Source: Promethearchaeota archaeon | GTDB taxonomy: Archaea; Asgardarchaeota; Lokiarchaeia; Sigyniarchaeales; SOKP01 | Direction of reading: 5' to 3' | Assembly (NCBI GenBank): GCA_019057795.1 | Contig: JAHLWS010000065.1 | Span: 96,001 to 160,000 of the forward strand | DNA length: 64,000 bases | Shown here: positions 31,479 to 40,387 of the stretch, piece after piece | Numbering within the stretch: the first letter of the stretch is position 1 | How the letters are laid out: each line of letters starts with the position of its first letter | Translations under genes and position numbers: made by a program | Notes under the pieces: generated by a model | Seen by the model: only the letters and a program-made list of their open reading frames with translations | Databases searched by the model: none | What the model was told of the DNA's origin: nothing

Positions 31479-31799
31479 ATGGATCAAAAGTACTATATAG
31501 ATTTAAAAGATAAGAATGGAAATTCATACATGTTAAGTATTTTAATCGAACGGGATTTAGGAAAAAACGGAATTTTTATTATGGAACACGCTAACGGTAC
31601 TCAAAAATCGTTTAAAAAAATTACAAGGGCGTTGAAATATCTAAAAAAAAAGAAATTTTCTCCCGATGAAATTAAAAGAGTAATAGATTTAAACCAGAAA
31701 ATCATGAGACTTAGAGATTCCGAAAAACGCAGGTTTATCTCACCTCCTTTTGGTTTTGAATATTCTAAAGAAATTAATAAAAAGTATTCAAAGAAATAA
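31479..31799 (+). CDS. Hypothetical basic protein
   Basis: 106-aa ORF with ATG and gagg upstream. Confidence 0.55.
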   Translation: MDQKYYIDLKDKNGNSYMLSILIERDLGKNGIFIMEHANGTQKSFKKITRALKYLKKKKFSPDEIKRVIDLNQKIMRLRDSEKRRFISPPFGFEYSKEINKKYSKK

Positions 31800-31830
31800 A
31801 ACAATAAAAATTGGAAATATATGAATTATA

Positions 31831-32157
31831 ATGTCGCAAAAAAAAGACAAAATTATAGGGATAAGATTAACAAATACGGAAAAAGAAGAAATTGATAACT
31901 ACACCAAAAATAGAGGTTCTAACCTTACAGAATTTATTAGACAAGCGATAGCTTTTTATCTAAACAATTTAGAAGAAAATCCTGAATCAATTAATATAGA
32001 AAATGTAGTTGAATATTCTAAAAAAATAAGGACATCGATAAAAAATGTTAACATTAACTTTAACCAATTAAAATTAGCTCTAAATGAGCTTTCAAATAAC
32101 TTCAATCAATTGGATAAAGAATTGGTAATTTATTTAAGAAAATGGTATAAAAAGTAG
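31831..32157 (+). CDS. Ribbon-helix-helix (CopG/MobC-like) protein with coiled coil
   Basis: IIGIRLTNTEKEEI...NLTEFIRQAI. Confidence 0.75.
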   Translation: MSQKKDKIIGIRLTNTEKEEIDNYTKNRGSNLTEFIRQAIAFYLNNLEENPESINIENVVEYSKKIRTSIKNVNINFNQLKLALNELSNNFNQLDKELVIYLRKWYKK

Positions 32158-32259
32158 TCTAGCTAATAAAGTCGAATTTTAAGAGTAGCGACGGTTGTGA
32201 AATGATGTTTATGAATGAAACAACCGAGCAACCTCTGAAAATGAGCGGGAAGGTTCGCG

Positions 32260-32282
32260 AAGGAAACCGAAGGGGTTTCCTT
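32260..32282. other. 9-bp stem-loop between convergent genes (terminator or ssDNA signal)
   Basis: aaggaaacc-gaagg-ggtttcctt. Confidence 0.5.
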
Positions 32283-32300
32283 GCAAGAGTAAACGGGTAA

Positions 32301-32879
32301 CTATTTTACATCTCTTTTCTTTAAAGGAAATCCGCTCTCAATGTCTCGTAGAAACGAGTTATATCTTGACCGTCCCCAAAGATATCTATCCTTACTTCTT
32401 AAATCTTTGAATTCTTTCTCTAATTTTAACGCCTTAAATGCTTCTATAAATTCTAAATATCTTTCTGCTTTTCTTTCTGATTTTTCATAATCTAAATTTT
32501 CAAATCTTTCTAATTCTTCGTGTTCTACAACTCTAAAATCGTATACCGTGAATCTTTTAGGATATAGCACTGTTAATATGGCAGAAGCAGTAGCTATCCG
32601 AAATTCCCAATCAAATAGAATTTTAATTCTTTCTAAATCGGATTTAGCCCTATGTATTTCGCGAGTTAATATTTTAACGTTCTCGTCAAATGTTTTAGAT
32701 TCTTCTTTTTTTATTATTTTTCGAGCGTTTAAAAATTTTACTCTTTCAGCCTTCCAAATTAAAATACAATAAAATTGAACTCCACTGATATAACCGTTTA
32801 ATTGAAAAAATTCCGTAACATCCTTATATAAATAACTTTCCAAATCGTAAAATTTCTCGTAATCTATATCCTCGCTCAT
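32301..32879 (-). CDS. HhH-GPD-like (DNA glycosylase-related) protein
   Basis: ILIWK..FRIATASAILTVLYPKRFTVYDFRV..LRSKDRYLW. Confidence 0.55.
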   Translation of the reverse strand: MSEDIDYEKFYDLESYLYKDVTEFFQLNGYISGVQFYCILIWKAERVKFLNARKIIKKEESKTFDENVKILTREIHRAKSDLERIKILFDWEFRIATASAILTVLYPKRFTVYDFRVVEHEELERFENLDYEKSERKAERYLEFIEAFKALKLEKEFKDLRSKDRYLWGRSRYNSFLRDIESGFPLKKRDVK

Positions 32880-32980
32880 TTTGGTTTTTACCTCTTTTTG
32901 TATTTTTATCCCAAATCATTTCTCGTTTATAAATATAAGATCTATTAATTTAAAAAAGAGTTTTAAAAAAAATAAACGAA

Positions 32981-33322
32981 TTACTTCTCTCTCTTTAATT
33001 TGTCCTCAGAAAAATCTCTAAAATCCCGAAATTGATAACCGCTTTCGACGGATATTTTACGCTCGTCTTCCAAACTCTTAGCTCCTCCTTCCCTCTTGAG
33101 CAAGCCCTTTACAAAAGCTTCCACGGCAACTTTATACTCGCCAACTCTGCTCTTAGGTACTTGAAAAAACAAAAAAGCCGAACCCTCCCCCAAAGTTAAC
33201 TCTATTGCGAACTTACCCTCAACGAATTCCCGAACAGCCTCTCGATACTCCAATATCTTGCTCGTAGGAACCCTCACGCTCACCCAACCCGATGCTTCCC
33301 CAAACTTACGCTTTCTACCCAA
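32981..33322 (-). CDS. Small putative DNA-binding protein with internal duplication
   Basis: GRKRKFGE..VSVRVPTSKILEYREAV repeated as FFQVPKSRVGEYKVAV. Confidence 0.5.
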   Translation of the reverse strand: MGRKRKFGEASGWVSVRVPTSKILEYREAVREFVEGKFAIELTLGEGSAFLFFQVPKSRVGEYKVAVEAFVKGLLKREGGAKSLEDERKISVESGYQFRDFRDFSEDKLKREK

Positions 33323-33420
33323 GAATACAAACCAAAACTAGTTTAAACTTTCTTAAATTATAAGTTAGAGGCAACGATTTTAAACCGCTAGAATTTTAAA
33401 AGAAAAACTTTCGAAAATTT

Positions 33421-33480
33421 CGCGACTCGAATTTACGCGTTCCGAGACTCGAAATAACCCCCCTACTTTTCCGCGACTCG
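33421..33480 (+). repeat. Three sub-terminal CG(C/A)GACTCG repeats
   Basis: cgcgactcg 33421, cgagactcg 33443, cgcgactcg 33472. Confidence 0.75.
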
Positions 33481-33503
33481 TAAAAACCATATGTATCTTG
33501 ATA

Positions 33504-33518
33504 TATTATACGAAAGTA
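33504..33518 (+). repeat. Right boundary direct repeat TATTATACGAAAGTA
   Basis: Exact match to 18038-18052. Confidence 0.9.
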
Positions 33519-33778
33519 CTAAAAAAACTAAAAAATTCTCTTTCCGGACTAATCCAATATCTATCTCCGCCAATATCCCTTCTTCTTGTTTTAAATACTT
33601 CTTTTATATCTGGATTAATCCACAGCAAACTATAACAATCGTTCTTTGGATACAGCCCTAAAAGGCGCCCTCCATACTCAGAAACTACCGCAGAACTTTC
33701 GTTGTTAAAATTTAATTCGATAGGATTACCAATATCTTCCTTGAAAGATAAAAGAGTATTTTTGGTAAAGTAGTTCAT
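33506..33778 (-). pseudogene. N-terminal part of the interrupted host gene (DUF6786-like)
   Basis: YGGRLLGL..LLWIN..GGDRYWISPEREFF, then stops inside the boundary repeat. Confidence 0.65.
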
Positions 33779-33915
33779 AATCTTAACTAAAGCAAAATTA
33801 TTAAAAGATTTTTCTATTTGAGTTGAGATATTTAAGCTTCTACCTTTACTTCTTAATTTGTTTAAATTTTTATGTTCAATAATAAAAAAAAGGTTTAATT
33901 TATGGAAAAAGTGTA

Positions 33916-34557
33916 CTAAGGTACTAGGAATATTGGGATGATCATAGATAAAGCATAACCAAGGATATAAACTAATCCCGCATATTTCATATTATTATCA
34001 TTGTTTTTGAAACCATGAATTATTAGCAAAATAAATCCAATCAAATGTAGCCAGAAAAAAAAGCCTACTATTATGGAAATTGAAGTAATTGTTAAAACAT
34101 CAAATGTAGAAAGTACAAACAAAATATAATATAATTCTCCGTTTAATACTATCACATTTATGGAATAATAAATAATCCATAAAATACCTGAAATCATAAT
34201 ATAAGACTTTAATAGTTGCCGATTTTTTAATCCAAATAATAACAACACCACGCCATATGTAATCAATGATGGAACGCTAAATAATAATCCCCGAAAAACA
34301 TTATATACTAAAAATATTTGAGTTTCAGTTCCATTATATGGAGATGTTAATGATAAATCAGGTATTAAAAAGTATAAAACGATAAAACTTATATTAGTAA
34401 TACCAAGATAAATTAAATATTTAGAAGCATGGACCTCTGGAGATTGTTTTTTTCCCGATTGAATAAAGAATATATTGTAAATTATCGCAATTATTGAGCT
34501 AGTTATTGTTATATAGTGTAGCCATGAAAAATCAATAAAATCAAAGACCAAAGTCAT
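33916..34557 (-). CDS. Integral membrane protein (about 6 TM)
   Basis: Hydrophobicity pattern; GGTGA upstream of ATG. Confidence 0.75.
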   Translation of the reverse strand: MTLVFDFIDFSWLHYITITSSIIAIIYNIFFIQSGKKQSPEVHASKYLIYLGITNISFIVLYFLIPDLSLTSPYNGTETQIFLVYNVFRGLLFSVPSLITYGVVLLLFGLKNRQLLKSYIMISGILWIIYYSINVIVLNGELYYILFVLSTFDVLTITSISIIVGFFFWLHLIGFILLIIHGFKNNDNNMKYAGLVYILGYALSMIIPIFLVP

Positions 34558-34808
34558 ATTTTCACCCTCTCTTTTTTTTTTTTAATAATTTTTTTAAATT
34601 TAATACAACCTATCAACTATAATATTTAAATGTCCCCATGATCTCATAGTTTTAAATAAATTAATCTAAGCACTATTCTATAACATTATTTTTAGATTGC
34701 CTTTGAATAATGCCTTGTATTTGCGTTAGACTTTATAATTTGTTATAATAAACTTTTTAATAGTATCCTAACATTATTCATTGTTAATTTTATGATGAGG
34801 ACTCTAAA

Positions 34809-35789
34809 ATGATTATAAAAGCTACTGATGAGTATATATCCTTGTTAAACCAAGCAGTTGCTCGCGAAATTCAGGTTTCAGCGCAATACATGCTACAACA
34901 CACCAAAATAGAAAAATTAAAGCGAAAAGTTATTAAAGAAAACTATTTATTGGAAAGCACTACTTACGACGAGTTTGGAAAACTATTAGAAGAATTAGCG
35001 ATCCAAGAGATGAAACATCTCGCAGATATCGTGGAAAGAATTTATATTTTAGGTGGAGAGGCAACCACTAAACCTGATAAAATTATTATCGGAAACTCCA
35101 TGAGAGAATTCGCTGAACTAAATGTAAAGGCAGAAGAGGAAGCCTTAGAATTGTATCGTCAGATAATAGAAGCTGCTAAAGTTATTGGAGACCGTAAGAC
35201 ATGGGTAATGTTTTCCAAAATATACAGCGACGAAGAGGAACACTTATTGAAGTTTCAAGATTATTCAGAGATGGAAAACGAGCCCGATTTAGGAGAAACT
35301 CCAGAATCCGAATGGAGGGCAATTTTCGGTAATGATTATGTTACACTCTTGAATAAAGCTCTCGCTAGCGAGATATCAGCGGTTGTTCAATATACAACTC
35401 AGCACGAAAAAGCAGAAGGATTAGAACGAATGAGGCGGAAAAAAGCTGCTTTAGAGGTTATTACGGGAAAGAACAAAGCCAGCGTTGTATCAGACATGCT
35501 CAAGAAGATTTTTCGCGAAGAAATGGACCACATGGAAAAGATCGCAGAACGAATCTACGAAATAGATCGAGAAGCTATAGCTACTGTTGACCCAATACCT
35601 AAGGTAGGAAATACGCTCGATGATTTTATAAAACTTGATAGAGAGGCTGAAAACTATGCTATCATTTTATATAGAAAAGTTATCGACGAGGCATCTCGAC
35701 TTGGAGACATAAAAACTAAAAAACTGTTCGAGGATATAATTCAACAAGAAGAAGAACACTATTGGGCATTCGACGATTTCTTGCCCTAG
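34809..35789 (+). CDS. Tandem two-domain bacterioferritin/ferritin-like protein
   Basis: LLNxAxAxEI..QY..QH..EMxH..ERIY..E..Y..EEEH occurs twice. Confidence 0.85.
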   Translation: MIIKATDEYISLLNQAVAREIQVSAQYMLQHTKIEKLKRKVIKENYLLESTTYDEFGKLLEELAIQEMKHLADIVERIYILGGEATTKPDKIIIGNSMREFAELNVKAEEEALELYRQIIEAAKVIGDRKTWVMFSKIYSDEEEHLLKFQDYSEMENEPDLGETPESEWRAIFGNDYVTLLNKALASEISAVVQYTTQHEKAEGLERMRRKKAALEVITGKNKASVVSDMLKKIFREEMDHMEKIAERIYEIDREAIATVDPIPKVGNTLDDFIKLDREAENYAIILYRKVIDEASRLGDIKTKKLFEDIIQQEEEHYWAFDDFLP

Positions 35790-35886
35790 CTTAACAAAAA
35801 AAATTTTTTTTTTTTCAATCTTTTTTAATTTAAAACAAATTAATATATATAGCATTTCGAAATTTTACATTGTAAACAATAATAAG

Positions 35887-36264
35887 GTGTTAAATGTGCC
35901 AAAAGTTATTCATTTTGAAATTAATGCTGATGAAATTTTAAGAGCTAAAAAGTTTTACGAAAATGTGTTTAATTGGAAAATCGAAAAATGGGAAGGCCCT
36001 GTAGAATATTGGACGATTGATGCCGGAGATGACAATGAAAAAGGAATAGAGGGTGGTATACAAAAACGCGAGCAAGCAGAAGATCAGATTTTTAATTATA
36101 TTCAAGTGCCTTCTGTTGATGAATTTAGTAAAAAAATTGAGGAGAATGGAGGGACTCTATCTTCACCCAAAATAACAGTGCCCGGAGTCGGTTATTTCTA
36201 CATATTTAAGGATACTGAAGGAAATAAGCTAGGGATAATGCAAGAAGACGAGTTAGCAAAATAA
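35887..36264 (+). CDS. VOC/glyoxalase family protein
   Basis: VIHFEI..RAKKFYENVFNW..FKDTEGN. Confidence 0.9.
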   Translation: MLNVPKVIHFEINADEILRAKKFYENVFNWKIEKWEGPVEYWTIDAGDDNEKGIEGGIQKREQAEDQIFNYIQVPSVDEFSKKIEENGGTLSSPKITVPGVGYFYIFKDTEGNKLGIMQEDELAK

Positions 36265-36305
36265 TTCGAAACATTAAAAACTTTAAAAATCTTAAGATTT
36301 AACTT

Positions 36306-37052
36306 CTATTTTTTTTTGTACCCTACTTTAATAGTCATAGAAAGAGTTTCGTCAAACGCTTGACCTTCTGTTATGCATTTAAAGCTTAGATCTTCTGCGC
36401 TAAACAATTCTGAAAAATATCCAAGCCAGTAGCGCGAATATCTTTTGTTTTGCCTGTGTTTAAACAACACGTGATACTCATCACCTTCCTTATGAACATC
36501 TATCTTATAGAAATAATTCGCAACAACCCAAATCTTCGCTATAGTAGCGATTATTTCGTCTATTGAAAGGTTTTTAAGGGGCTTTTCGGTATACCATAAG
36601 ATTAAGTCAAACGCTATGTTTTTTTTAAAAGGTTTATCTAAAGCCTTTTTAGGAGCGTCAGCTGCCGCTATCAATTGATTAAAAGTTGTTTTCCCAATAA
36701 GCATCATTTTCATCTCATCTCGAGACCTAACCCATAAATCGCGATCAAGATTCTTTTGTTTGCCATAATAACTGATTGCGCGTTCTAAAAAGGAAACTAA
36801 TTTTTCCTCTTCTTCCTTATATGTATCAACAATGGCTTTAACTTCAGGTGATATAGAATTATATTCGTCATACATTTCAATTGCAACCTTTACTAAATTA
36901 GAAATTGTCGTTCCTAAATTCTTGTATTTATCGATAATGTTCCTAGTAGTTTCATCTACTTTAACGTAGATTGGTTTGTCTTTTGATTCAACTTCTTTCG
37001 TTTCATCAGAATTTTTATTATTCTTCTTATTAATATGAGCCATAAGAATCAC
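36306..37052 (-). CDS. Putative RHH-type transcriptional regulator
   Basis: PIYVKVDETTRNII..TISNLVKVAI. Confidence 0.5.
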   Translation of the reverse strand: MILMAHINKKNNKNSDETKEVESKDKPIYVKVDETTRNIIDKYKNLGTTISNLVKVAIEMYDEYNSISPEVKAIVDTYKEEEEKLVSFLERAISYYGKQKNLDRDLWVRSRDEMKMMLIGKTTFNQLIAAADAPKKALDKPFKKNIAFDLILWYTEKPLKNLSIDEIIATIAKIWVVANYFYKIDVHKEGDEYHVLFKHRQNKRYSRYWLGYFSELFSAEDLSFKCITEGQAFDETLSMTIKVGYKKK

Positions 37053-37431
37053 CTATAAAATTATTTAACCTTTTTTTCCTTTTTTACCTTCTATGTTTCT
37101 ATTTTAATATATATTTCAATATTAAATAACTATGTTAATAAATGTTCAGATTATTTATAATTAGGATTACGACCGTAACAATTTATTTATATTGATATAT
37201 ATAAAAATATTCCTTATTTTTGACGCGTTTAATTATAGAGTGATGTTTTTCTAATTTAAATTTATATATTCTTTCATATATTTAAGAAGTTAGAAAAAAG
37301 TAGTTTTAGGCTTATTCTATCACATTTATTTCTATATACGAAACATTTATATATATAATTATACTAATTATTAATTGAGTATATATAAAAATATATAAAA
37401 ATATAAAATAATATTAAAATTAAAATATAAA

Positions 37432-37842
37432 ATGTCAAAGAAAAATTCAGGAGTAGGATGTATAGTAGGATTATTATTTTTTATGGCTTTCGGGCTATTT
37501 TTTATCCTTGAGGTACCATTTAGCATCTTTCAATTTATACCATTTTTCCCAGTGATTTTCATTTTTATTTTTATAATAGCCGTTGCAGGTGCTTCTTCTG
37601 GAAAGTCTAAACATTGTAAACCAGCACAAAATAATTACGATCAAGATCATTATAAACAAGTTCCAAGAGTTAACCCTTATATTGTGGGGAGCTCTGTTAG
37701 AAACGATGTTCAAACTTTGTTAGTAGAAGATTACAAACCAATAGAGCCTACAAAAACGAAAGCTCTCTTTTGTCAATTTTGCGGGACGGGGATTGATAAA
37801 GATGCTCGCTTTTGCCACCAATGTGGATCCAAGTTGGAATAA
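37432..37842 (+). CDS. Two-TM membrane protein with C-terminal zinc ribbon
   Basis: FCQFCG...FCHQCGSKL. Confidence 0.8.
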   Translation: MSKKNSGVGCIVGLLFFMAFGLFFILEVPFSIFQFIPFFPVIFIFIFIIAVAGASSGKSKHCKPAQNNYDQDHYKQVPRVNPYIVGSSVRNDVQTLLVEDYKPIEPTKTKALFCQFCGTGIDKDARFCHQCGSKLE

Positions 37843-37880
37843 TTAAATAATAAATTTAAAATTAAAAATAAAAATAAAGA

Positions 37881-38792
37881 GTGTTGGAAAAAATGGATGT
37901 GTATGATTTATTTTTTAGCATTTGTTTGGGGTTGTTCATCGGGGGCCTTCTTTTCAGCATAATCTCAGTGTTCTTAGCTCAAATGGAGTCGCAATCGTTA
38001 GGTACGGAGATAGACACTGATGTAGATATCGATGCCGACATAGATATTGATGTCGATGTTGATGTCGATGTTGATGTCGATGTAGATGTTGATGTAGATG
38101 TCGATGTAGATGTCGATATTGACGCTGATGTTGATTTAGATATTGATGTAGATGTTGATTTAGATGTTGATTTAGATATTGATGTAGATTACGATATAGG
38201 GGCGGAATTCGACTCGATCGAAGCTGATGTTGATGTAGATGTGGACGCGGGGGTAGATATTGATAGCGATGTGGATATAGACATAGACACGGATATTGAT
38301 ATTGATGTAGATGTAGATATAGATGTAGATTCTGATATGTTCGGCACTACAATTACCCCTGCTCCAATTATGCTATTAATATCTGCATTTCTCTTAGTAT
38401 TCGGCATTTCAGGAATCTCGCTTTACTATATAATCACCATTGAAGGCTTAAAGTTTATAATGTTCATAGGATCCCCTAGTATTGCGCTTATCACTTCGAA
38501 ATATCTAAATGTAGCTTGGAAACATATTGCGAAATCGCAGTATTATAAAATATCCTCGACGCAGAATTTAATAGGAAGAGAAGGAGAGGTTGTATTACCT
38601 ATCGATGAGAGAGGAGGTGTAATTAGAATAAATTCAACAACCCCTATGAAATACGAGAAGCTTCATGTTATGCCATATGACGACACATCTTATTTCGAGA
38701 GAGGTATGAAAGTTTATATTGTAGCAGTTAAAGATAATAAAGTGAGGGTATCTTCTAATAAAAGTATTATTAAAAAAAGAGGTGAAAAATAA
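37881..38792 (+). CDS. NfeD/YuaF-like membrane protein with acidic DV/DI repeat
   Basis: TM - (Dx)n - two TM - LIGREGEVVLPI OB-fold; upstream of an SPFH gene. Confidence 0.8.
   Translation: MLEKMDVYDLFFSICLGLFIGGLLFSIISVFLAQMESQSLGTEIDTDVDIDADIDIDVDVDVDVDVDVDVDVDVDVDVDIDADVDLDIDVDVDLDVDLDIDVDYDIGAEFDSIEADVDVDVDAGVDIDSDVDIDIDTDIDIDVDVDIDVDSDMFGTTITPAPIMLLISAFLLVFGISGISLYYIITIEGLKFIMFIGSPSIALITSKYLNVAWKHIAKSQYYKISSTQNLIGREGEVVLPIDERGGVIRINSTTPMKYEKLHVMPYDDTSYFERGMKVYIVAVKDNKVRVSSNKSIIKKRGEK
38007..38340 (+). repeat. Hexamer-period coding repeat (GAY-GTN/ATH)n
   Basis: gatgtt/gatgtc/gatgta/gatatt units encoding about 110 aa of alternating Asp and hydrophobic residues. Confidence 0.95.
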
Positions 38793-38991
38793 AAAAATGA
38801 GCGTGAGTGAAAGAGAAATGGAAGAGAATATATACAACTGGCTCTATTTTCATGGCAGAGATGTGCGTACTAAAAAGTTTCAAAAGAAAATTAACAAAAA
38901 GCCTACTTTAACTTATGCTATTTTGATAAACACCGCTATTATTTTAGGTAGCATCTTGACAATTTGGATATTAGCTAACCTAATGGGTTAA
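38782..38991 (+). CDS. Small C-terminally anchored membrane protein
   Basis: One TM at the C-terminus; lies inside the operon. Confidence 0.55.
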   Translation: MKNKKMSVSEREMEENIYNWLYFHGRDVRTKKFQKKINKKPTLTYAILINTAIILGSILTIWILANLMG

Positions 38992-39071
38992 TATATTAAT
39001 GATTAAAATTTATAAAAAAATGGAATAAAAAAAGATAAGAAAATTAAAAAAAAAGGAGGTTTTAAAAAAAA

Positions 39072-40247
39072 ATGTTGTTTCAAGAGATTAATGGATTGGT
39101 TGTCGGCATTGTAGTGACTTGTGCGATAATAGGGTTCTTGTTCATAATATTTATGGCCGCAAGATATCGGAAATTTAAAACAAATCAGTTTGTAATTCAT
39201 TTAAGAAATGGTAAGGTAAAATCAGCAGGTCTCGGTGGTAGTCTATGGTTATTGCCCTTAATTGACGAATATATTGTTATTCCGACTACTAGTATACAAA
39301 CGATTTTAGAAGCTCACGATCAGGTAGTTTCACAGGAATACCAAAATATTGAATTCGTAGGCATGATTATTTGGAAAGTCGTTGATCCTGAAAAAGCGTT
39401 TAGCTCGGTTTCATGGAACTTGCGGGATGAGAACTACGTTGAAAAGATTTTAAAAGCAGCTGCGGAGGCAGTTATGAGAACAATATGTGCAAATATGCCG
39501 CTTGAATTAATCATTAGAGAGAGAAGACAGATAATTGACCATGTTTTAAAAGATTTACACGAGTTATCGGCAGATTGGGGTATTCTAATCGAAACATTCG
39601 AAATATTGGAAGTCATAATCGTAGAGGCCGAATTAAAAAAGAACATGGAAGCTGTCAAGCAAGCGGTTGAGTACAGAAAGGCTAGGATTGCCAAAGCAGA
39701 CGCAGAGCGTATATCAAGGTTGCGAGAACTCGAAGTACAGAACGATATTGGTACTCAAGAGCAATTAGTTCAGAGAGAAATTGAACTACGAAGGAAAGAT
39801 AAAGAAATCGCAATTGCTGAGAAAGAACGCGAGCGTAAACAGATTGAAGCCGATGGGGAACGGCGAAGAGTAGTAATTGAAGCCGATGGTCAAGCTTCTG
39901 CTATTAAGAAAAAATTAATTGCTCAAGCAGAAGGTGAGGCTGAAGGTATAAGGCAACAAATGCTCGCTCAAGCAGAGGGTTTCCGAGAACAAGTAGATGC
40001 TATGAGCAACGCCGATCAAAGGTTCTTGGCAGTTCAATTAACTAACATTTTACCTGAGATATTTAAGCACTTAAGCCCCGATAAAATGTTTATTATGGGT
40101 AATGGCGACGAGGCGTTTAGCTCGCTTTCGAAAGCCATTTTGCCATTTTTGCAATTATTGCCTGAATACTCAGATAAAATAAAGAATTTCTTAGGGAACG
40201 GAGACGTGCAGTCCAAGGTTAAAGAATTGTTAACAATTCAGAAATAG
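39072..40247 (+). CDS. SPFH/flotillin-like protein
   Basis: N-terminal TM, Band-7 domain (WKVVDPEKAF..RTICANM..WGILIETFEI), EA-rich coiled coil. Confidence 0.9.
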   Translation: MLFQEINGLVVGIVVTCAIIGFLFIIFMAARYRKFKTNQFVIHLRNGKVKSAGLGGSLWLLPLIDEYIVIPTTSIQTILEAHDQVVSQEYQNIEFVGMIIWKVVDPEKAFSSVSWNLRDENYVEKILKAAAEAVMRTICANMPLELIIRERRQIIDHVLKDLHELSADWGILIETFEILEVIIVEAELKKNMEAVKQAVEYRKARIAKADAERISRLRELEVQNDIGTQEQLVQREIELRRKDKEIAIAEKERERKQIEADGERRRVVIEADGQASAIKKKLIAQAEGEAEGIRQQMLAQAEGFREQVDAMSNADQRFLAVQLTNILPEIFKHLSPDKMFIMGNGDEAFSSLSKAILPFLQLLPEYSDKIKNFLGNGDVQSKVKELLTIQK

Positions 40248-40387
40248 TAATAAAATATATTTTTTTTTTTTTTTCTTTAAAATTTTTTTAACTAATTAAA
40301 AAAGTAAGAAAAGGAATTTAGAACAAGACAGGAATTAATACTAATAATATATAATTATAATTTAATTTACGAGAGAAGTGAATAAAT

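Larger units (their letters stand above)
18038..33518. mobile_element. Integrated rolling-circle-type element (HUH Rep + HerA/FtsK ATPase) with defence cargo
   Basis: 15-bp terminal direct repeats, interrupted host gene on both sides, HUH protein, origin-like hairpins, CpG-rich backbone genes. Confidence 0.8.

Noticed and set aside
18553-32879. Integron cassette array
   Set aside because: Genes are in mixed orientation; no recurring attC-like imperfect palindromes and no intI gene seen
18038-33518. Provirus
   Set aside because: No recognisable capsid, terminase or spike gene; a capsid-less or pleomorphic virus cannot be fully excluded without structure searches
38007-38340. Possible CRISPR array or microsatellite
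   Set aside because: 6-bp period, in frame within a gene, no spacers and no cas genes nearby
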